This document shows positions 53,079-61,863 of a stretch of DNA of 64,000 bases, one piece after another; positions within the stretch are counted from its first letter, which is position 1; the number at the start of each line of letters is the position of its first letter. Under the pieces are notes generated by a model. That model made no database searches, was not told where the DNA came from, and was given only the letters and a program-made list of their open reading frames with translations. Made by a program: the position numbers and the translations under genes. Source of the DNA: Propionibacteriaceae bacterium (GTDB taxonomy: Bacteria > Actinomycetota > Actinomycetes > Propionibacteriales > Propionibacteriaceae); NCBI GenBank assembly GCA_027492545.1, contig JAPUEL010000042.1:88286-152285 (forward strand). The letters run 5' to 3'.

Positions 53079-54383
53079 TCAGAAGCCCTCGACGCGCATG
53101 ACGCGCACGTCCGAGCCGACGAAATCCGCCCCGCGGAGTTCGTCGAGGACGAGGGCCAGGTCGCTCTCCTTGGTGACGTGCGTCATGACCCCGAGGCTCG
53201 CGGCGAAGCCCGCCTCGTGCTCCCCGCCCTCGCGGTAGCTCTGCTGCACGATCCGCAAGGACACCCCGTGCTCGCCGAAGATCGCGGCGCACCGGGCGAG
53301 GACGCCGGGCCGGTCCACCACGTCGAAGCTGACGTAGAACTGCGCCTCAGACTCCCCGATCGGCGCCACCGCGCGGCTGGTGTAGCTGGAGCCGCCGTGC
53401 GCGGCGGTCCCGCGATGCCGGTTGCGGGCGGCGGTCACCACGTCGCCCATGACCGCGCTGGCGGTGGGGGCGCCGCCGGCGCCCTGGCCGAGGAACATGA
53501 GCTCCCCCGCCTCGCGGGACTTGACGAAGATGGCGTTGTAGGCGCCTGAGACGGTGGCCAGCGGATGCTTGTTCGCCACCATCGCGGGGTGGACCTTGAC
53601 GATCACCCTGTCGTCGTCGGTGAGCTTGGCGATGGCCAGCAGCTTGATGGTGCAGCCCATCTGTTCCGCCGCCGCGATGTCGGCCTCGGTGACCTGGGAG
53701 ATCCCCTCGCAGAACACCTCGTCGCGCCTGACCTCGGTGTGGAACGCGAGCCCGGCGAGGATGGCGGCCTTGGCCGCCGCGTCGTGCCCCTCGATGTCTG
53801 CCGTGGGGTCCGCCTCCGCGTAGCCGAGTTCCTGCGCCTCGGCGAGCGCCGCGCCGAAGCTGCTGCCGTCGGTGACCATCTTGTCCAGGATGTAGTTGGT
53901 GGTGCCGTTGACGATGCCCATCACCGCGGTGATGTCGTCGCCCACCAGAGACTCGCGCAGTGGGCGCACGATCGGGATCGCGCCGGCGACGGCGGCCTCG
54001 TAATACAGGTCCACGCCCTTGGCGTCGGCCGCGCGTGACAGCTCTCCCAGGTCGTCGGCGAGCAGCGCCTTGTTCGCCGAGACCACGGAGGCACCGTTGG
54101 CGATGGCCGTCATCAGGAGCGACCGGGCCGGCTCGATGCCGCCGATGAGCTCGACGACGATGTCCAGGTCCGTGCGGGCCACGAGGGACTCGAGGTCCGT
54201 GGTGAGCAGCGCCGGATCGATGCCCGGGCGCTCGGCCTCCAGCCGTCGCACGCCGATCCCGACCAGCTCCAGCCGGCGGCCGATGCGCGACTCCAGCGTG
54301 GGCCCCTCGTCGAGGATGATGCGGGCCACCTGGGACCCGACGACGCCCGCGCCCAACAGCGCGACCTTGAGCGGCTTGCTCAC
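53079..54383 (-). CDS. hom: Homoserine dehydrogenase with ACT domain
   Basis: LLGAGVVG, EAAVAGAIP, NGTTNYIL, GYAEADP, DRPGVLA. Confidence 0.96.
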   Translation of the reverse strand: MSKPLKVALLGAGVVGSQVARIILDEGPTLESRIGRRLELVGIGVRRLEAERPGIDPALLTTDLESLVARTDLDIVVELIGGIEPARSLLMTAIANGASVVSANKALLADDLGELSRAADAKGVDLYYEAAVAGAIPIVRPLRESLVGDDITAVMGIVNGTTNYILDKMVTDGSSFGAALAEAQELGYAEADPTADIEGHDAAAKAAILAGLAFHTEVRRDEVFCEGISQVTEADIAAAEQMGCTIKLLAIAKLTDDDRVIVKVHPAMVANKHPLATVSGAYNAIFVKSREAGELMFLGQGAGGAPTASAVMGDVVTAARNRHRGTAAHGGSSYTSRAVAPIGESEAQFYVSFDVVDRPGVLARCAAIFGEHGVSLRIVQQSYREGGEHEAGFAASLGVMTHVTKESDLALVLDELRGADFVGSDVRVMRVEGF

Positions 54384-55783
54384 TCTCCCACGTCCAATCT
54401 CATCAGGTCCTCCAGGGTTTCGCGGCGCAGCATCACGCGGGTGACGCCGTCCTTCGCCGACACCACAGGCGGCTTCGGGATCTGATTGTAGTTACTGGCC
54501 ATGCTGCGCGCGTAGGCGCCCGAGCCCGGCACGGCGATGAGATCGCCGATCCGTACGTCGGCGGGGAGGAACACGTCGCGGATGAGGATGTCGCCGCCCT
54601 CGCAGTGCTTTCCGACGACCCTGCTCAGCACCGGCTCCCGGTCGGAGAGGCGGTTGGCGATGGCGGCGGAGTACTCGGCCGCGTACAGCGCGGGGCGGAT
54701 GTTGTCGCTCATGCCGCCGTCGACGCTGACGTAGACGCGGGACCGGCCCCCCTCCAGATCGACGATCTTGACCGTGCCCACGCGGTAGACGGCCACGCCT
54801 GCGGGGCCGCAGATGGCCCGCCCCGGCTCGATGGACAGGTGGGGGCGCTTCAGGCCGAACGCGCGGCACTCGTGGTCGATCATCTCCTCGAAGCCCGCGG
54901 CGATGTCTGCCGTCGACGAGGGGGTGTCGGCCGAGGTGTAGGCGATGCCGAAACCGCCGCCGAGATCCAGCTCGGCCAGTTCCACGCCGGTGGCGGTGCG
55001 GAACTGCGACGCGAGCCGCATGGTGCGCCGGATCGCCACCTCGAAGCCGTGGGTGTCGAAGATCTGGGAGCCGATGTGGCTGTGGATGCCCGCCAGGTCC
55101 AGGTACTGCGAGCTGTGGCAGCGCACCAGCGCGGTCAGGGCCTGACCGCCGGTGATGGACAGGCCGAACTTCTGGTCCTCGTGCGCCGTGGCGATGTACT
55201 CGTGCGTGTGGGCCTCCACGCCGGTGGTCACCCGCACCATCACGGGGGCCCGGTGTCCACCCTCGGAGCAGGCCCTCTCCAGGCGGGCGATCTCGTCGAA
55301 CGAGTCCACGATGATCCGGCCCACACCCTGCTCGAGCGCGAAGACGATCTCCTCGTCGGACTTGTTGTTGCCGTGCAACCCGAGGCGCGCCGCCGGTATG
55401 CCACCGGCCAGCGCGATGCGCATCTCGCCCATGGTGGTCACGTCCAGGTTGAGCCCCTCCTCTGCCGCCCAGCGCGCGACCGTGCGGGTCAGCAGCGCCT
55501 TGCCCGCGTAGAAGATGTCCCATCCGGGGAAGGCCGCGCGGAACTCTGCGGCACGGGAGCGGAAGTCCGCCTCGTCGATGACGTAGGCCGGGGTGCCGTG
55601 CTCCTCCGCGACGTCCGTCAGCGGGATGCCGGCCACGACGATGCGGCCCTGCTCGTCGCGATGCGCGCCACGCGGCCAGAGCTTGAGGTCCAGCGCGTTG
55701 AGGTCTGCGGGCACGTCGAGCCACTGCGGCCCCCCGTGCGCCGCGTCCGCGTGGATCGACCCGGCGATGTGCATGTGCGTCAT
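54380..55783 (-). CDS. lysA: Diaminopimelate decarboxylase
   Basis: YAGKA, HGNNKS, HSHIGSQI, EPGR, GKHCEGGD, GAYARSMASNYN; ATG 55783 lies 7 nt after CAGGCT. Confidence 0.96.
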   Translation of the reverse strand: MTHMHIAGSIHADAAHGGPQWLDVPADLNALDLKLWPRGAHRDEQGRIVVAGIPLTDVAEEHGTPAYVIDEADFRSRAAEFRAAFPGWDIFYAGKALLTRTVARWAAEEGLNLDVTTMGEMRIALAGGIPAARLGLHGNNKSDEEIVFALEQGVGRIIVDSFDEIARLERACSEGGHRAPVMVRVTTGVEAHTHEYIATAHEDQKFGLSITGGQALTALVRCHSSQYLDLAGIHSHIGSQIFDTHGFEVAIRRTMRLASQFRTATGVELAELDLGGGFGIAYTSADTPSSTADIAAGFEEMIDHECRAFGLKRPHLSIEPGRAICGPAGVAVYRVGTVKIVDLEGGRSRVYVSVDGGMSDNIRPALYAAEYSAAIANRLSDREPVLSRVVGKHCEGGDILIRDVFLPADVRIGDLIAVPGSGAYARSMASNYNQIPKPPVVSAKDGVTRVMLRRETLEDLMRLDVGE

Positions 55784-55829
55784 GGCGCCAAGCCTGCCAG
55801 AGCGCCGCGCCCCGCCGCCATCCGCGTCC

Positions 55830-56330
55830 TCAGGGTGCGGCGACGACGACGGTGTCGGCCCCGCGCAACACCAGCGACTCCGGGTCGGTGACGGGCCGGC
55901 CGTCCGCGGTGACGGTGACACCTCCGCACGCCGCACCGAGGCACTCCCCGTCGAACCGGACCCCCCACAGCGTGAAGAACTGACCCAGGGTGACGGCGTC
56001 GTTCCCGTCACCCTCCAGCCACACCTCACCGCCGGCCTCGTGGGTGTGGACCGGGGCCTGGACGGCCCTCAGCCGGTCCGCACCGATGTAGGCGGGGATG
56101 TCCACCGCCGCGCCGCCGACGGTGACCGACAGGTCGAGAACCCACGGATCGGTGTCGGTGCCGAGCGGCTGCTCGGGGAGCCCGGCTGCCCGGATGTAGG
56201 AGACGGCATCACGCGGCGCGTCCCAGGGCGGCGCCGTCTCGCGCATCACCGCCGGCGACGGATCGGGCCGCGACACGCAGGCGGTCAGCAGCAGCGCCGC
56301 CGCGGTCGCGAGGGCAGTGAGGGTGCGCAC
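55830..56330 (-). CDS. Putative lipoprotein of unknown function
   Basis: Lipobox LTAC, IPAYIG, VHTHE, TLGQFFTLWGV, CLGAAC; leaderless-type TACGGT-N6-GTG. Confidence 0.75.
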   Translation of the reverse strand: MRTLTALATAAALLLTACVSRPDPSPAVMRETAPPWDAPRDAVSYIRAAGLPEQPLGTDTDPWVLDLSVTVGGAAVDIPAYIGADRLRAVQAPVHTHEAGGEVWLEGDGNDAVTLGQFFTLWGVRFDGECLGAACGGVTVTADGRPVTDPESLVLRGADTVVVAAP

Positions 56331-56389
56331 TGCGCCACCGTAGCGGGAACGACAGGGCCCTTGATGAGGTGCTAACCTTTCCGGGTCCA

Positions 56390-56461
56390 GCCCCCGTAGC
56401 TCAGGGGATAGAGCACCGCCCTCCGGAGGCGGGAGCCGAGGTTCGAATCCTCGCGGGGGCG
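56390..56461 (+). tRNA. tRNA-Arg (anticodon CCG); CCA not encoded
   Basis: Cloverleaf folded by hand: GCCCCCG/CGGGGGC acceptor stem, GCTC/GAGC D-arm, CCGCC-CTCCGGA-GGCGG anticodon arm, CGAGG-TTCGAAT-CCTCG T-arm. Confidence 0.97.
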
Positions 56462-56491
56462 CTCAGCGCCGGCTGGCAGGAGACGGAGACG

Positions 56492-57754
56492 ATGACCCAC
56501 TCCAGGTTGGCCGCCGTCCCCACCGAGCGGTGGGCGGTCGCCGTCGGACTCATCGCCACGTTCCTCCTCACCCGCTACATCTCGTCTCTGTTCCTGGGCC
56601 TCGACGAGGTGAAGTTCGTCGCCAACGACGTCTCCTACTACGGCTATCACCTGTTCCGTCTCGACGAGGGCGAATCGGGCGTCATGGTCGAGTATCCGGT
56701 GCCGGCCGTGTGGATCCTGCAGGCCATCTACCGGCTGGGTGGTGGATGGCAGACGTGGGGTGCCCTCTACGTCTCGGTGTTCGTGCTCCTCGACGCTCTG
56801 GTCGCGATCACCCTCTACCGCCGCGACAACGCCGCCGGCGCACTCTTCTGGATCCTCTTCACCGCCGCGCAGGGGCCCATCCTCTGGTACCGCTTCGACC
56901 TGATCCCCGCCGCCCTCGTCGCCTGGGCGTGCCTGTTCGTGACCCGCTTCCCGCGGGTGGCCGGCGCGATGGTGGGTCTGGGGGCCGCGATCAAGCTGTG
57001 GCCGGCGCTCCTGATCGGTCCGATGCTGGCGCCCCACCCGTGGCGCTCGGCCCGGGCGCGCGGCCGGGTGATCGGGTTCGTGGTGGTCGGCTTCGGGCTC
57101 GCGGCCGCATCGTTGATCAGCAGCGGATGGACCCGCTCCGCCTCCCCGGTGACGTGGCAGGGTCAACGCGGGCTCCAGATCGAGTCGGTGCCCGCCTCTC
57201 CGCTGATGCTGCTACGCACCTTCACCGACAACCCGTCGTGGAACATCTTCCTGTCGCCGTTCAACGCCTTGGAGCTTCAGGGCCCGTTCGTGCAGGCGCT
57301 GCTCCAGGTCTCGACGGTGCTGACGGCTCTGTCGCTGGCCACCGCCGCGTACCTCAGCTACCGCCTCATCCGCCACCTCCACGACGACGACGAACGCCTG
57401 CACGAGGCCATCCTCCTGGCCAACCTCACCATCGTGCTGGCCACCATCGTGACCAACAAGACGCTGTCGCCCCAGTACATCGCGTGGCTCGGCGGTCCTG
57501 TGGCCGCCCTCCTGGTGGCCAGGAGCAGCGCCTGGCTGCGGCGGCCGCTCATCGTGTTCGGAGTCGCCCTGGTCCTCGTGGGGGTCCTGACGCAGATGAC
57601 CTACCCCTGGGGCGCCTACGGCATCATGGCCATTCCGCTCGGCTCCGGCCCCGAGACCGCGGTCCTCCTGCTGCGCAACCTCATCCTCGTGTGCCTGACC
57701 GCCTACGCCTTCACATTGACGGTGAAGGCCAGCAGACCCCCGATGCCGAGCTGA
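56492..57754 (+). CDS. GT87/DUF2029-like polytopic membrane glycosyltransferase (GT-C fold)
   Basis: NDVSYY, VEYP, RFDLIPA, IKLWP, LQIES, KTLSPQY. Confidence 0.75.
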   Translation: MTHSRLAAVPTERWAVAVGLIATFLLTRYISSLFLGLDEVKFVANDVSYYGYHLFRLDEGESGVMVEYPVPAVWILQAIYRLGGGWQTWGALYVSVFVLLDALVAITLYRRDNAAGALFWILFTAAQGPILWYRFDLIPAALVAWACLFVTRFPRVAGAMVGLGAAIKLWPALLIGPMLAPHPWRSARARGRVIGFVVVGFGLAAASLISSGWTRSASPVTWQGQRGLQIESVPASPLMLLRTFTDNPSWNIFLSPFNALELQGPFVQALLQVSTVLTALSLATAAYLSYRLIRHLHDDDERLHEAILLANLTIVLATIVTNKTLSPQYIAWLGGPVAALLVARSSAWLRRPLIVFGVALVLVGVLTQMTYPWGAYGIMAIPLGSGPETAVLLLRNLILVCLTAYAFTLTVKASRPPMPS

Positions 57755-57899
57755 CAGGAGCCGGCTCCGGGGCCTGCGCTCCTGGTCGGGCGGCGGCAAC
57801 CCCCCGTCGATGTGGGTAAGGTGAGCGGGTAGAAGCAGCCGCAGTCGTCTGCGGCGGAGCCGGACTCACAGAGGGGATCGTGGCCACCGCCACTCACAC

Positions 57900-60800
57900 A
57901 TGTCAGCACCTGACTCACTTGACTCTTTCGGGGCGAATTCCTGGCTGATCGACGAGATGCGGGAGGCCTACGAGGCAGATCCGCAGTCCGTCGCCGAGGA
58001 GTGGCGCGAACTCTTCGCCACCGACGTCGCGCCCACTCCGCAAGCCGAGACTCCCGCTCCGCAGCCGCCCGCTCCCGCCCCCAAGCCGGCCGGCCGCAAC
58101 AACCCCGAACCTCCTTCGCCCCAGATCACAGCGGCTCCGGCGTCGAAGCCGGCGGCGGAGGCACCGGCCGCGCCTCCGGCCGCCGCCAAGGCGGAGCCTG
58201 CGAAATCCACCAGGAGTCAGGTGGAGCAGCGCGCCCGCAAGGGGTCGGAGTCCCCCGCCAACCCCGGGACCGGATCCACCCTGTCCGCGAACGCGCCCAA
58301 CCCGACGCTGCGCCCGGCGCCGTCGGCCGCCCAGCCGAAGTACACGGCACTGCGCGGGGCGCCCATGCGTACCGCGAAGAACATGGAGTCGTCGCTGACG
58401 GTCCCCACCGCCACGTCGGTGCGGTCGGTGCCGATGAAGCTGGTCATCGACCAGCGCACCGTGATCAACAACTTCCTGCGCACCTCCAAGGGCGGCAAGG
58501 TCTCCTTCACCCACCTCATCGGCTATGCGATGGTCAAGGCTCTCGCCGCGATGCCGGACATGAACAACGCCTACGACGTGGTCGACGGCAAGCCCCACCT
58601 GATCGAGAACCCGTCGATCAACCTCGGCATCGCCATCGACATCCGCAAGGGCGAGACCCGCCAGCTGCTGGTGCCCAACATCAAGGGCTGCGAGAACCTC
58701 AACTTCTTCCAGTTCTGGTCCGCCTACGAGCAGGTGGTGAAGAAGACCCGCGACGGGGACCTGCAGGTCAGCGACTTCGCCGGCACCACCGCGTCGCTCA
58801 CCAACCCGGGAGGCATCGGCACCAACCACTCGGTCCCGCGCCTGATGAACGGGCAGGGCATGATCCTGGGCGTCGGCAACATCGACTATCCGGCCGAGTT
58901 CCAGGGCATGAGCCCCTCGCGCTTGACGGACCTGGGCGTGTCCAAGGTGACCACCCTGACCAGCACCTACGATCACCGGGTCATCCAGGGCGCCACGTCG
59001 GGCGAGTTCCTCAAGAAGCTGCACGGGCTGCTGCTGGGGCAGGACCGCTTCTACGACGAGATCTTCGAGGCGCTGCGCATCCCCTACGAGCCGTTGCGCT
59101 GGTCGCCCGACGTGTCGGCGCACCGCGACTCCCAGGTGAGCAAGACGGCACGCGTGCTCGAGCTCGTCAACGCCTACCGCACCTTCGGGCACCTCGTCGC
59201 CGACACGGACCCGCTCGAGTACCGGCAGCGCTCACACGAGGACCTACGCCTGGAGACCCACGGACTCTCGATCTGGGACCTGGACCGCGAGTTCGCCGTC
59301 GGCACCTTCGGCGGCAAGGACCGCGTCTACCTGCCGCTGCGCGACATCATCGGCATCCTGCAGGACTCGTACTGCCGCACCGTCGGCGTCGAGTACATGC
59401 ACATCGCGGACCCCCGCCAGCGCGAGTGGTTCCAGCAGCGCATGGAGCGGCCGCACACGCCCCTGACGCACGAGGAGCACATGCACGCCCTCGACAAGCT
59501 GAACGAGGCCGAGGTCTTCGAGACCTTCCTGCAGACCAAGTTCGTGGGCCAGAAGCGCTTCTCCCTGGAGGGCGGCGAGTCGCTCATCGTGCTGCTCGAC
59601 GAGATCGCCCAACGGGCCGCCAACGACTCGCTGGACGAGGTGTGCATCGGCATGCCCCACCGCGGGCGGCTCAACGTGCTGGCCAACATCGTGGGCAAGA
59701 AGTACGCGTCGATCTTCAAGGAGTTCGACGGCCAGGTGGACCGCAGCGGCACCGGCGACGTGAAGTACCACCTGGGCGCGGAGGGCACCTTCGTCGCCGC
59801 CAACGGCGCCACCATCAAGGCCTCCGTGGCGGCCAACCCGTCACACCTCGAGGCGGTCAACCCGGTGCTGCAGGGCATCGCCCGCGCGAAGCAGGACACC
59901 CTGGGCGCGGACGACTACCCGGTTCTGCCCCTCACCCTCCACGGCGACGCGTCGTTCTCCGGTCAGGGCGTGGTCTTCGAGACCCTCCAGATGAGCCAGC
60001 TGCGCGGCTACAAGACCGGCGGCACCATCCACGTGGTGGTCAACAACCAGGTGGGGTTCACCACCGCGCCCAGCGAGTCGCGCAGCTCGACCTACTGCAC
60101 GGACGTGGCGAAGGCCATCTCCGCGCCGGTGCTGCATGTCAACGGCGACGATCCGGACTCCTGCATCCGGGCCGCGCGGGCGGCGTTCGACTACCGGCAG
60201 AAGTATCACAAGGACGTCGTCATCGACGTGGTCTCCTACCGGCGTCGCGGCCACAACGAGGGCGACGACCCGAGCTTCACGCAGCCCAACATGTACGACC
60301 TCATCGAGCAGAAGCGCTCGACGAGGCGCCTCTACACCGAGTCCCTGATCGGCCGCGGCGACATCTCGATGCAAGATGCCGAGGACGTCATGAACCGGTT
60401 CCGGTCCAGGCTCGAGAACGTGTTCCGCGAGGTGCGCGAAACCAGCGAGGCGGACGACGACTACCGCAAGGTGCCCTACTACCCCACCAAGCCGGATGCC
60501 CGTCTCACCGAGATCACGCAGGACATGCTGAAGACCATCGCGGACGTGCACACCCAGTTCCCGGAGGGCTTCGTCGTGCATCCCAAGGTGATGCCTCAGC
60601 TGGAGCGTCGGGCGCAGGCCATCCTCGAGGGTCCCATCGACTGGGCGACGGCCGAGATGATCGCGATCGGTTCCCTGCTCATGGAGCGCCGCCCGGTGCG
60701 CCTGGCCGGCCAGGACTCGCGTCGCGGCACGTTCTCCCAACGCTTTGCGGCCATCGTGGACCGGGTGACCAACGAGGCGTGGGTGCCGCTCAAGCACCTC

Positions 60801-61679
60801 ACCGAGGACCAGGGCACCTTCGACGTGTTCGACTCCCTCCTCAGCGAGTACGCGGCGCTCGGCTTCGAGTACGGCTACTCCGTGGCCCGCCCCGACGCGT
60901 TGGTCATGTGGGAGGCCCAGTTCGGCGACTTCGTCAACGGCGCACAGATCATCTCCGACGAGTTCGTCGCCTCCGGCAACGCGAAGTGGACCCAGAAGTC
61001 CGGCGTGGTGCTGCTGCTGCCCCACGGCTATGAGGGGCAGGGCCCGGACCACAGCTCGTCGCGCATCGAGCGGTGGCTGCAGCTGTGTGCCGAGAATGCG
61101 CTGGCGGTGTGCCAGCCCTCCACCCCTGCCAGCTACTTCCACCTGTTGAGGCAGCACGCCTACGTCAACTTCCACCGTCCGGTGGTCATCGCCACGCCGA
61201 AGTCGATGCTGCGCAACAAGCTGGCGACCTCCCAGCCGGAGGATTTCACCTCCGGCGCCTGGCATCCGGTGCTGGACGACCCGACGGTCGAGGATCCGTC
61301 GAAGGTCGAGCGCCTGATCCTGTGCTCCGGCAAGGTGCGCTGGGATCTCGTGGCATCGCGGGACAAGCGGGGGCTCGCCGGCAAGGTGGCCATCGTGGCG
61401 TTGGAGCGGCTCTACCCGCTGCCCAGCGAGGAGCTGGCCAAGGCCCTCAAGCGCTACGCGCACGTCGACGACGTCCGCTTCGTGCAGGACGAGCCGGAGA
61501 ACCAGGGCGGGTGGCCGTTCCTGTCGGCGCACCTCCCCGCTGACGTGAAGCGCTACTTCCCCGAGTACGACCTGCGGATGCGGAGGGTCTCGCGCGAGTG
61601 GTCCTCCGCCCCGTCGGTGGGGTCGCTGAAGGTGCACAAGACCCAGGAGGAAGAGCTCCTCGACGCGGCGCTAGGCTGA
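57900..61679 (+). CDS. kgd: Multifunctional 2-oxoglutarate decarboxylase/dehydrogenase (Kgd/SucA)
   Basis: FGANSWL, E2-like TYDHRVIQGA, GQKRFSLEG, GDVKYHLG, HGDASFSGQG, NNQVGFTT, WEAQFGDF. Confidence 0.97.
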   Translation: MSAPDSLDSFGANSWLIDEMREAYEADPQSVAEEWRELFATDVAPTPQAETPAPQPPAPAPKPAGRNNPEPPSPQITAAPASKPAAEAPAAPPAAAKAEPAKSTRSQVEQRARKGSESPANPGTGSTLSANAPNPTLRPAPSAAQPKYTALRGAPMRTAKNMESSLTVPTATSVRSVPMKLVIDQRTVINNFLRTSKGGKVSFTHLIGYAMVKALAAMPDMNNAYDVVDGKPHLIENPSINLGIAIDIRKGETRQLLVPNIKGCENLNFFQFWSAYEQVVKKTRDGDLQVSDFAGTTASLTNPGGIGTNHSVPRLMNGQGMILGVGNIDYPAEFQGMSPSRLTDLGVSKVTTLTSTYDHRVIQGATSGEFLKKLHGLLLGQDRFYDEIFEALRIPYEPLRWSPDVSAHRDSQVSKTARVLELVNAYRTFGHLVADTDPLEYRQRSHEDLRLETHGLSIWDLDREFAVGTFGGKDRVYLPLRDIIGILQDSYCRTVGVEYMHIADPRQREWFQQRMERPHTPLTHEEHMHALDKLNEAEVFETFLQTKFVGQKRFSLEGGESLIVLLDEIAQRAANDSLDEVCIGMPHRGRLNVLANIVGKKYASIFKEFDGQVDRSGTGDVKYHLGAEGTFVAANGATIKASVAANPSHLEAVNPVLQGIARAKQDTLGADDYPVLPLTLHGDASFSGQGVVFETLQMSQLRGYKTGGTIHVVVNNQVGFTTAPSESRSSTYCTDVAKAISAPVLHVNGDDPDSCIRAARAAFDYRQKYHKDVVIDVVSYRRRGHNEGDDPSFTQPNMYDLIEQKRSTRRLYTESLIGRGDISMQDAEDVMNRFRSRLENVFREVRETSEADDDYRKVPYYPTKPDARLTEITQDMLKTIADVHTQFPEGFVVHPKVMPQLERRAQAILEGPIDWATAEMIAIGSLLMERRPVRLAGQDSRRGTFSQRFAAIVDRVTNEAWVPLKHLTEDQGTFDVFDSLLSEYAALGFEYGYSVARPDALVMWEAQFGDFVNGAQIISDEFVASGNAKWTQKSGVVLLLPHGYEGQGPDHSSSRIERWLQLCAENALAVCQPSTPASYFHLLRQHAYVNFHRPVVIATPKSMLRNKLATSQPEDFTSGAWHPVLDDPTVEDPSKVERLILCSGKVRWDLVASRDKRGLAGKVAIVALERLYPLPSEELAKALKRYAHVDDVRFVQDEPENQGGWPFLSAHLPADVKRYFPEYDLRMRRVSREWSSAPSVGSLKVHKTQEEELLDAALG

Positions 61680-61683
61680 GCCG

Positions 61684-61863
61684 GTGTACTTCACCGACCG
61701 TGGGCTCGAGGAGCTCGTTGATCGGCGCGGCCACGAGGAGATCACCTTCGAGTGGCTCGCCGAGCAGCTGCGGACATTTGTGGACCTGAACCCGGAGTTC
61801 GAGACTCCGGTGGAACGCCTCGCCTCGTGGCTGGCCAGGCTGGACGACGAGGAGGACGACTGA
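61684..61863 (+). CDS. 59-aa small acidic protein (DUF6104-like; absent from the ORF track)
   Basis: Manual translation MYFTDRGLEELVDRRGHEEITFEWLAEQLRTFVDLNPEFETPVERLASWLARLDDEEDD; TAGGCT-N6-GTG; TGATG coupling to galK. Confidence 0.85.
   Translation: MYFTDRGLEELVDRRGHEEITFEWLAEQLRTFVDLNPEFETPVERLASWLARLDDEEDD

Noticed and set aside
55784-55829. Lysine riboswitch or attenuator before lysA
   Set aside because: Only 46 bp separate the genes, and lysA looks leaderless.
56442-57800. attL/attR island at tRNA-Arg
   Set aside because: I found no second copy of the tRNA 3' end downstream and no integrase.
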